Notes under the pieces: generated by a model
The model's database searches: none
What the model was told of the DNA's origin: nothing
What the model saw: only the letters and a program-made list of their open reading frames with translations
Part shown: piece after piece, positions 55,914 through 64,000 of the stretch
How positions within the stretch are numbered: the first letter of the stretch is position 1
Layout of the letters: the number at the start of each line of letters is the position of its first letter
Assembly: GCA_963665845.2 (NCBI GenBank)
Contig: OY762492.1
Span: forward strand, 3,840,001-3,904,000
From: Candidatus Poribacteria bacterium
GTDB taxonomy: Bacteria > Poribacteria > WGA-4E > GCA-2687025
Direction: 5' to 3'
Length of the DNA stretch: 64,000 nt
Program-made: the position numbers and the translations under genes

Positions 55914-58900
55914 ATGAACTTGATCAAAACGCGCCGCCAATGGACGACTCGAAACCGCAAAGGAATTTCCATGATGTTCGCTCCGAAAAAGACCGCCTCT
56001 CTGCTTCACATGTTCGCGCTTCTGGTCTGCTCCAGCTTCGTTCTCCTGACAGGCGCCTCCGCGCAAGAAAACGCCGGCGCCGACTACACATTTGAGACGA
56101 TTGAGGTTCCGGGCGTCGATTTCTTGTCGCTGACAGCGAGCAGCGACTTTGAAGATTACGCCGGCTACACGCTGAACGCGGACGGCAAAGAGGTCGCTTT
56201 CACGCTCATCGACGGCAACTTCAAAACGTACGATTTCCCCGGCTCGCAGAGTACCCGTTTCTTTGCGCTCGGCAACAACGGAAACGCCGCCGGCTACTAC
56301 GTGGACAGCGAAGGCCTTCACAAGGGCGTCGTCCTGTTGAACGGCGAGCTGCAGTCGTACGATTTTCCAAACTCCGTCCAGACGGAGATATACGGCATCA
56401 GCGACGCGACGGGAGCCTTGACCGGCAATTTCACGGACGCTGACGGCATTCGCCGCGGGTTCTCTGGGGAAAAGATCATTGAGTATCCCGGCGCGCTGGA
56501 AACTTTTTCCGACTTCGTGAATGCGAGAGGGCTTCTGGTCGGCAGCTATGTAGACGCTGACGGGATATACCATGCCTACGGCCTTCTTCCAAACGGGCGG
56601 TTTGTTCCGATCAACCTTGAAGACGCAGCCACTCTGGAATACTTCTTTGTGCATGGCATCAACGACGCCGGGGCGATCGTCGCCCGCGCCAAACGGACGG
56701 GAGCTGTTCCGCTGACCTATATCGGCAGCGCGTCTGAAGGGCTGCAAGAATTCAAGGTTCCGGGCAGCGTTAGCACCGAGGGGTACAATATCAATCAGGA
56801 CGGCTCCATCGTCGGACACTACGAATCCGAGGACGGGCGGCGATACGGGTTTATCGCCAAACCCGCAGAGGACGATGATCCCATTGACCGCCCCGACGTT
56901 CTCGCCTACACTTTTGAAAGTATCGATGTCCCGGGCGTCGATTATTTGGCGTTGACGGCGAGCAGCGATTTTGAGGATTACGCCGGCTACGCGAAAAGCG
57001 CCGACGGTGAAAAAATGGTCGCCTTCACGCTCATGGACGGCGTCTTCAAAACGTACGATTTTCCAGGGTCGAAGAACACGTACTTCTACGCGCTCGCGAA
57101 CAACGGGACCGCCGCCGGATATTACGAGGATAGCGATGGGTTGAGCCGCGGCGTCCTCTTGGTGAACGGCGAACTGCATTCGTTCGATTATCCAAATTCC
57201 GTTGAAACGGAGATCTACGGCATTAGCGACGTCACCGGCGCGCTGACAGGCAATTTCACGGACGCTTCCGGGGTTCGCCGCGGATTCTCAGGAGAGACCA
57301 TCGTTGAAGTCCCCGGCGCCTTGGCAACGTACGCCGATTATGTGAACGCGAGCGGGCGTATTGTGGGCGGCTACATAGACGCTGACGGCATACCTCATGC
57401 GTATGTGCGCACTCCGGACAACAGGTTTGTAACGATCGACGTGGATAACCCTGAAGACCAGGAATACCATTTTCTGCATGGCATCAGCAATGCCGGGATT
57501 TTCATCGGCCGCGCCAAAGCGGTGGACGGGGCTCCGATCACTTATGTCGGCACAGCGCTCCAAGGGGATACGGAGTTGCATTTTCCAGGCAGCGTCAGTA
57601 CCAACGGATGGAATATCAACCAGGACGGCTCTGTCGTTGGGTACTACGACACAGCGGACGGCCGCAGACGCGGGTTTGTCGCCAGGCTCGCCGGCGACGC
57701 CCCCGAACCTCCGCCCGCCGACGACAACTACACTTATGAGCCGATCTACGTCCCGGGCGTCGATTTCTTGTCGGTGACATCGAGCAGCGATTTTGAAGAT
57801 TACGCTGGGTACACGCTGAACGCCGACGGCAAAGAGGTTGCCTTCACGCTCATCGACGGCGACTTCAAAACGTACGATTTCCCAGGTTCGCAGAGTACCC
57901 GTTTCTTTGCGCTCGGCAACAACGGAAACGCCGCCGGCTACTACGTGGACAGCGAAGGCCGTCACAAGGGCGTCGTCCTGTTGAACGGCGCGCTGCAGCC
58001 GTACGATTTTCCAAACTCGGTCCAGACCGAGATATGGGGCATCAGCGACTCGACGGGAGCCTTGACCGGCAATTTCATCGACGCATCCGGAATTCGCCGC
58101 GGGTTTTCAGGACAGGAGATCATCGAATATCCTGGCGCGGCTGAAACATACGCCGATTTTGTGAACTCAAACGGCGGCATGGTCGGCAGCTATGTGAATG
58201 CGGACGGCGTCTATTATCCGTACATACGCACCCCGACCGGCAGATTCACGTCTGTTGAGCTGGCAAGGGCGGCCTTTCTGGAATACTTTTTCGTGCATGG
58301 CATCAACGACGCAAGGACGGTTGTCGCGCGGACGAAACCGAAGGGCGGCGTCCCGCAAACCTATGTCGGCACATTTCAGGGAGGGCTTGAGCCGTTTAAG
58401 GTTCCAGGCAGCGCCAGCACGGAGGGGTATAACATCAATCAGGACGGCTCTATTGTCGGGCATTACGATTCTGCAGACGGCAAACGGTATGGCTTCATCG
58501 CCAAACCGATTGACGACGCCGAGCCGCCCGTTCCGACGCCCTCCGAGTTTCACTTCGTTTTTGAGACGATTGACGTTCCCGGCGTGGAGTATCTGGAGCT
58601 GACTGCAAGCAGCGACTTTGAAGATTACGCCGGCAACACGAAAAGCGCCGACGGCAAAAAGACGATCGCCTTCACGCTCATCGACGGCGTCTTCAAAACG
58701 TACGATTTTCCTGGGTCGAAGAACACGTACTTCTACGCCCTCGGCAACAACGGACGCGCCGCTGGACACTACGAAGACAGCGAAGGGCGCCATCATGGCG
58801 TCGTCTTGGTGAACGGCAATCTGCATCCGTTCGATTTTCCAAATTCCGTTGAAACGGAAATCTACGGCATCAGCGACGCGACCGGCGCCTTGACCGGCAA

Positions 58901-60275
58901 TTTCACAGACGCCGCCGGCATTCGCCGCGGATTCACCGGACAGAGAGTTATTCAGGTTCCCGGCGCCCCGCAAACATACGCCGACTTTGTGAACGCAAGC
59001 GGGCGTCTGGTCGGCAGCTATGTAGACGCGGACGGCGTCTATCATCCATACTCGGTCACCGCGGCCGGCAGATTCACATTGCTCGAACTTCCATCAGCGG
59101 AGGCGTTTGAGTACTACTTTATACACGGCATCAACGACATCGGCGTTCTCGTCGGCCGCGCCAAAAAGTTTGACGATGTTCCGACCACCTATGTCGGCTC
59201 GCTCCAGCATGGGCTGCATAAATTGCGCTTCCCCGGCAGCGTCAGCACGGAGGGCTGGAACATCAATCAGGACGGCTCCATCGTCGGCAACTACGTCTCG
59301 CAAGACGGCAGGCGGCACGGCTTTATCGCCAAACCTGTCGACAAAGAAGTGAGCGACGCGTACAGCAACGCCTACACCGTCAGATTGACAAAAGGCCTCA
59401 ACATGATCTCGGTACCGCTGAAGCCGTCGGCGCCCATGAACGCGAAGGCGCTCGCCGGGCTGACAGGCTCCACTACCGTTATCAGGTTGGACGAGGCGAA
59501 GCAGCGTTTCGTCGGCTGGACGCCCGCCGCCCCGAACGACGGCTTCGACATCGAAGGCGGCAAGGGGTATATCGTCAATGTGCCGACGACGCGCCAATTC
59601 GCCTTCGCCGGCGCGGCTTGGACAGACCCTGTCGAGACAGCGCAGGGCGCGCCGCCTCTCTTCATAGAAACGCCCCAAGAAACATGGGCGTTCGTAGTGA
59701 GCGGACATCTGGAAAGCAAGCGCGCGCTGGACGGATACCGCGTTGTCGTGCGCAACCGCAGAACGAACGAAACGTTCTCGGCGTCAGTGCAGAACGGTTA
59801 CTTCGCCGCCGCGACGGCTGACTTGTCGCGCCGAAGCGTTGTTGAAATGGGAGACGCGATGGAGCTGCGGGTTGTCGGTCCGGACGGCAATATCGAATCG
59901 CAAACCTTCCGCTTTGACGTAACTTCAGAACATCTCGCCAACGCCGTTCTGCCCGTTACGCTGTACGGGATCGGCATGCCCTCGCAGAGTCGGCTGCTGC
60001 CGAATTATCCGAACCCGTTCAACCCTGAAACCTGGATTCCGTACCAGCTCGCGGAAGACAGCGAGGTCTCGATTGAGATCTACGATTCGTCCGGCAGGCT
60101 GATTCGCTCCCTCTCGCTCGGCTATCAGTCCGCGGGCTTTTACAACAGCCGCGGCAGAGCCGCTTACTGGGACGGACGCAACGCGGTCGGAGAGCAGGTT
60201 GCCAGCGGCGTCTACTTTTACCAGCTGAAGACGCCCTCATTCCGCCAAACGCGGCGGCTCCTCATTTTGAAATGA
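55914..60275 (+). CDS. Array copy 3 (4 modules)
   Basis: Same architecture with module pair duplicated. Confidence 0.9.
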   Translation: MNLIKTRRQWTTRNRKGISMMFAPKKTASLLHMFALLVCSSFVLLTGASAQENAGADYTFETIEVPGVDFLSLTASSDFEDYAGYTLNADGKEVAFTLIDGNFKTYDFPGSQSTRFFALGNNGNAAGYYVDSEGLHKGVVLLNGELQSYDFPNSVQTEIYGISDATGALTGNFTDADGIRRGFSGEKIIEYPGALETFSDFVNARGLLVGSYVDADGIYHAYGLLPNGRFVPINLEDAATLEYFFVHGINDAGAIVARAKRTGAVPLTYIGSASEGLQEFKVPGSVSTEGYNINQDGSIVGHYESEDGRRYGFIAKPAEDDDPIDRPDVLAYTFESIDVPGVDYLALTASSDFEDYAGYAKSADGEKMVAFTLMDGVFKTYDFPGSKNTYFYALANNGTAAGYYEDSDGLSRGVLLVNGELHSFDYPNSVETEIYGISDVTGALTGNFTDASGVRRGFSGETIVEVPGALATYADYVNASGRIVGGYIDADGIPHAYVRTPDNRFVTIDVDNPEDQEYHFLHGISNAGIFIGRAKAVDGAPITYVGTALQGDTELHFPGSVSTNGWNINQDGSVVGYYDTADGRRRGFVARLAGDAPEPPPADDNYTYEPIYVPGVDFLSVTSSSDFEDYAGYTLNADGKEVAFTLIDGDFKTYDFPGSQSTRFFALGNNGNAAGYYVDSEGRHKGVVLLNGALQPYDFPNSVQTEIWGISDSTGALTGNFIDASGIRRGFSGQEIIEYPGAAETYADFVNSNGGMVGSYVNADGVYYPYIRTPTGRFTSVELARAAFLEYFFVHGINDARTVVARTKPKGGVPQTYVGTFQGGLEPFKVPGSASTEGYNINQDGSIVGHYDSADGKRYGFIAKPIDDAEPPVPTPSEFHFVFETIDVPGVEYLELTASSDFEDYAGNTKSADGKKTIAFTLIDGVFKTYDFPGSKNTYFYALGNNGRAAGHYEDSEGRHHGVVLVNGNLHPFDFPNSVETEIYGISDATGALTGNFTDAAGIRRGFTGQRVIQVPGAPQTYADFVNASGRLVGSYVDADGVYHPYSVTAAGRFTLLELPSAEAFEYYFIHGINDIGVLVGRAKKFDDVPTTYVGSLQHGLHKLRFPGSVSTEGWNINQDGSIVGNYVSQDGRRHGFIAKPVDKEVSDAYSNAYTVRLTKGLNMISVPLKPSAPMNAKALAGLTGSTTVIRLDEAKQRFVGWTPAAPNDGFDIEGGKGYIVNVPTTRQFAFAGAAWTDPVETAQGAPPLFIETPQETWAFVVSGHLESKRALDGYRVVVRNRRTNETFSASVQNGYFAAATADLSRRSVVEMGDAMELRVVGPDGNIESQTFRFDVTSEHLANAVLPVTLYGIGMPSQSRLLPNYPNPFNPETWIPYQLAEDSEVSIEIYDSSGRLIRSLSLGYQSAGFYNSRGRAAYWDGRNAVGEQVASGVYFYQLKTPSFRQTRRLLILK

Positions 60276-60300
60276 AAACAGCATGATGAAAGACAAACGC

Positions 60301-62988
60301 ATGAACCAGATCAAAACGCTCCGCTCATGGACGACTCGAAACCGCAAAGGGATTCGCATGAAAAAGACCGCCTCTCTGCTTCGCATGTTTGCGCTTCTCG
60401 TCTGCTCCAGCTTCGTTTTCCTGACAGGCGCCGCCGCGCAAGACAACGCCGGCGGCGACTACACGTTTGAAACCATCGAGGTTCCAGGCGTCGATTTCTT
60501 GTCGCTGACAGCAAGCAACGATTTTGAAGATTACGCCGGCTACACGCGCAACGCCGACGGCAAAGAGGTCGCTTTCACGCTCATGGACGGCGTCTTCAAG
60601 ACGTACGATTTCCCAGGGTCGCAGAAAACGCATTTCTACGCGCTCAGCAACAACGGAAAAGCCGCCGGCCTCTACGTGGACAGCGGCGGTCTGTACCATG
60701 GCGTCGTCTTGGAAAACGGAGAACTGCGCCAATACGATTTTCCGGATTCTGTTCAGACGGAGATCTACGGCATCAGCGACGCGACGGGCGATTTGACCGG
60801 CAATTTCACCGACGCTTCAGGCGTCCGCCGCGGGTTCACCGGCGCCGCTGTCATTGAAGCGCCTGGGGCGACGGCAACGTTTGCCGATTTCATGAACACG
60901 CAAGGCGTCGTATCGGGCAGCTACATCGACGCCGAAGGCGACTACCGCCCGTACGCGCTTCTCCCCACCGGCGACTTCATCGCCGCTGATTTTTCTATCC
61001 CAGGCGCTTCGGGAGAGGCAGAGTTGGAATACCTGTTTGTGCATGCCATCTCGGAGACGATCGTTGCCGTCGTTAGGGCAAAAGCGGTCGGCGATGTCCC
61101 TCGAACCTATATCGGCACATTGGGAGTGCTGCATGAGCTGCGCGTTCCGGACAGCGTCAGCACGGAGGGCTGGAATATCAATCAGGACGGCTCCGTCGTC
61201 GGATACTACGACACGGCAGACGGGCGGCGGCATGGGTTCCGCGCCGAACCTGCAGTGGAGGAAGCCGCCGGCGGCTATGTTTTTGAGAGCATCGATGTTC
61301 CCGGCGTCAACTTTTTAGAGATCGCCGCGAGCAGCGATTTCGACGATTACGCCGGCAACACGAAAAGCGCCGACGGCAAAAAGACGATCGGCTTCACGCT
61401 CATTGACGGCGTCTTCAAAACGTACGATTTTCCAGGGTCAAAGAACACGTACTTCTACGCCCTCGGCAACAACGGAAACGCCGCCGGACATTATGAGGAC
61501 AGCGACGGTCTCTACCATGGCGTCGTCTTGGAAAACGGAGAGCTGCGCCAGTACGATTATCCGGGCGCCGTTCAAACGTTCCTGCGGGGAATTAGCGACG
61601 CGACGGGAGCCTTGACAGGCGATTTCATTGACGAGTCCGGCATTCGCCGCGGATTCTCCGGAGATTTAATCGTTGAAGTTGACGGGGCGACGGCGACGTA
61701 CGCCGATTTCATCAACGCGGACGGCGTCATCGTCGGCAGCTACGTGGACGCGGACGGGATCTACTATCCGTATGTGCGCATTCCGAACGGCAGTTATGTG
61801 ACGCTTCCAGGCTCGCCGCATCTGGAATACTTTCATTTTCACGGCATCAACGATGAGGGGCTTTTGGTTGTCCGATACAAAGCGGCGGGCGACGTCCCGC
61901 GAACGGCGGTCGGCACCTTCACAGACCAAGTCTCCTTGGAGTTTCCAGGCAGCGTCAGCACGGAGGGCTGGAACATCAACCAGGACGGCTCCGTCGTCGG
62001 GAACTATGTCTCGCCCGACGGGCGCCGGCATGGGTTCATCGCTAGACCTGCCGCCAAGGAGATGAGCGACGCGTACAACAACGCTTACACCGTCACATTG
62101 GCGAAGGGTCTCAACATGATCTCGGTACCGTTGAAACCGTCGGCGCCGATGAACGCAAAAGCGCTCGCAGGGCTGACAGGCTCCACTACCGTTATCAGGT
62201 TGGACGAGGCGAAACAGCGTTTCGTCGGCTGGACGCCCGGCGCTCCGAACGACGGCTTCGACATCGAAGGCGGCAAGGGGTATATCGTCAATGTTCCGAC
62301 AGCGCGCCATTTTGCCTTCGCCGGCGCGGCTTGGACAGACCCTGTCGAGACAGCGCAGGGCGCGCCTCCGCTCTTCATAGAAACGCCCCAAGAAACATGG
62401 GCGTTCGTTGTGAGCGGATACCTGGAAAGCAAGCGCGCCTTGGACGGGTACAAAGTTCTCGTCAGGAACCGCAGAACGAACGAAACGATCACGGCGTCAG
62501 TGCGGGACGGTTACTTCGCCGCCGCGGCGGCCGACCTGTCGCGCCGAAGCGTTGTGGAAGCGGGAGACGCGATGGAGCTGCGGGTCGTCGGTCCGGACGG
62601 CAATATCGAATCGCAAACCTTCCGCTTCGACGTGACTTCAGAGCATCTTGCAAAAGCGGTTCTACCGGTCAGGCTGTACGGCGTCGGCATGCCTTCGCAG
62701 AGTCGACTGCTGCAGAACTATCCGAACCCGTTCAACCCTGAAACGTGGATTCCGTATCAACTCGCGGAAGACAGCGAGGTCTCGATAGAGATATACGACG
62801 CTTCAGGGAGGCTGATTCGTTCGCTCTCGCTTGGTCGTCAATCCGCGGGCTTTTACAACAGCCGCGGCAGAGCCGCTTACTGGGACGGACGCAACGCGGT
62901 CGGTGAGCAGGTCGCCAGCGGCGTCTACTTTTACCAGCTGAAGACGCCCTCATTCCGCCAAACGCGCCGGCTTCTCATTTTGAAATGA
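60301..62988 (+). CDS. Array copy 4 (2 modules)
   Basis: Same architecture. Confidence 0.9.
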   Translation: MNQIKTLRSWTTRNRKGIRMKKTASLLRMFALLVCSSFVFLTGAAAQDNAGGDYTFETIEVPGVDFLSLTASNDFEDYAGYTRNADGKEVAFTLMDGVFKTYDFPGSQKTHFYALSNNGKAAGLYVDSGGLYHGVVLENGELRQYDFPDSVQTEIYGISDATGDLTGNFTDASGVRRGFTGAAVIEAPGATATFADFMNTQGVVSGSYIDAEGDYRPYALLPTGDFIAADFSIPGASGEAELEYLFVHAISETIVAVVRAKAVGDVPRTYIGTLGVLHELRVPDSVSTEGWNINQDGSVVGYYDTADGRRHGFRAEPAVEEAAGGYVFESIDVPGVNFLEIAASSDFDDYAGNTKSADGKKTIGFTLIDGVFKTYDFPGSKNTYFYALGNNGNAAGHYEDSDGLYHGVVLENGELRQYDYPGAVQTFLRGISDATGALTGDFIDESGIRRGFSGDLIVEVDGATATYADFINADGVIVGSYVDADGIYYPYVRIPNGSYVTLPGSPHLEYFHFHGINDEGLLVVRYKAAGDVPRTAVGTFTDQVSLEFPGSVSTEGWNINQDGSVVGNYVSPDGRRHGFIARPAAKEMSDAYNNAYTVTLAKGLNMISVPLKPSAPMNAKALAGLTGSTTVIRLDEAKQRFVGWTPGAPNDGFDIEGGKGYIVNVPTARHFAFAGAAWTDPVETAQGAPPLFIETPQETWAFVVSGYLESKRALDGYKVLVRNRRTNETITASVRDGYFAAAAADLSRRSVVEAGDAMELRVVGPDGNIESQTFRFDVTSEHLAKAVLPVRLYGVGMPSQSRLLQNYPNPFNPETWIPYQLAEDSEVSIEIYDASGRLIRSLSLGRQSAGFYNSRGRAAYWDGRNAVGEQVASGVYFYQLKTPSFRQTRRLLILK

Positions 62989-63013
62989 GAACTGCATGAT
63001 GAAAGGGAAACGC

Positions 63014-64000
63014 ATGAACCTGATCAAAACGCTTCGCATGTCGGCGCTGTTCGTCTGTCTCAACGCCGTTCTTTTGACGGGCGCCGCCGCCCAAGACAAC
63101 GGCGCCCTCGAGTACACTTTTGAGACGATCTCCGTTCCAGGCGTCGATTTCCTATCGCTGACGGCAAGCAGCGATTATGAAGATTACGCCGGCTACACGC
63201 GCAACGCGGACGGCAAAGAGGTCGGTTTCACTCTAATTGACGGCGTCTTCAAGACGTACGATTTTCCCGGCTCGAAGAAAACCCGTTTCTTTGCGCTCGG
63301 CAACAACGGAAACGCCGCCGGCTACTACGAAGACAGCGAAGGCCGCCACCGCGGCGTCGTCTTGGAGAACGGCGAGCTGCGCCAATACGATTTTCCTGGC
63401 TCCATCGAAACGGAGATCTACGGCATCAGCGACGCGACAGGCGCGATGACAGGACAGTTCGTCGGCGAGGATGGCGTTCGCCGCGGTTTCACTGGAGAGA
63501 GAGTCGTTGAGATTCCTGGAGCGACCGCGACATACGCCGATTTTATCAATTCGCACGGCGTATTGGTAGGCTCCTACACTGATGAGAACGGCATATTTCA
63601 CCTATACATAGAGTACATGGGCGAATGGTCTTCATACCCCATTCAAAATGCGGAACAATTCGAATACGCGTTTGTGCATGGGGTCACTGACCTATTTACC
63701 GCCATCTTCCGCGCTAAAAAGCTGGGCGATGTGCCGCGCACCTTTGTCGGCCAGATCGCCCCCGAATCAGAATTGCGCGTTCCGGGCGCTGTTGTCACAG
63801 AAGGCTGGAACATCAATCAGGACCACTCCGTCGTCGGATACTATGAAACGGCAGACGGAAAACGGCATGGGTTTGCCGCCAACCCGGTCGACGAGCTCGA
63901 CTATGTTTACGAGACGATTGAGGTTCCGGGCGTCGACTTTTTAGCGGTGGCGGCGAGCAGCGACTTTCAAGATTACGCCGGCTTCACGCGGAACGCGGAC
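63014..64000 (+). CDS. Array copy 5, truncated by window edge
   Basis: Not in ORF track; MNLIKTLRMSALFVCLNAVLLTGAAAQDNGALEYTFETISVPGVDFLSLTASSD...; second module starts ~63902. Confidence 0.9.
   Translation, partial: MNLIKTLRMSALFVCLNAVLLTGAAAQDNGALEYTFETISVPGVDFLSLTASSDYEDYAGYTRNADGKEVGFTLIDGVFKTYDFPGSKKTRFFALGNNGNAAGYYEDSEGRHRGVVLENGELRQYDFPGSIETEIYGISDATGAMTGQFVGEDGVRRGFTGERVVEIPGATATYADFINSHGVLVGSYTDENGIFHLYIEYMGEWSSYPIQNAEQFEYAFVHGVTDLFTAIFRAKKLGDVPRTFVGQIAPESELRVPGAVVTEGWNINQDHSVVGYYETADGKRHGFAANPVDELDYVYETIEVPGVDFLAVAASSDFQDYAGFTRNAD

Noticed and set aside
50446-64000. Diversity-generating retroelement acting on the array or WD40 genes
   Set aside because: No reverse transcriptase or non-coding template repeat in the window; differences are not adenine-restricted and include indels

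Overview
This GC-rich bacterial window is most likely from Candidatus Poribacteria or a relative. That is inferred from many secreted proteins ending in 'YPNPFNPETWIP...WDGRN...LK' or 'VEPxGKLAxxWAxLK' and from a planctomycete-type DUF1549/DUF1553 cytochrome. Core genes are fba, tRNA-Ala(GGC), birA, nadC, a complex-I operon lacking nuoEFG and nuoI, fumC, der, a YgfZ-type protein, an RRM protein, a ferredoxin-NADP reductase and sixA. Accessory content includes (1) a two-gene ThsB-like TIR plus uncharacterised helical partner, a candidate new TIR-signalling defence system; (2) a >13 kb head-to-tail array of at least 5 secreted proteins built from ~270-aa modules with variable segments and a near-constant C-terminus; (3) two giant WD40 proteins (21 and 28 blades), one with near-identical repeats and hypervariable sites; (4) an unannotated CxxU Rdx-family selenoprotein with a SECIS-like hairpin; (5) 13 intergenic ATTCCC-N8-GGGAAT palindromes, some within a MITE-like element, which tend to bracket accessory genes in inverted orientation. 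All calls were made by eye, with no database searches.
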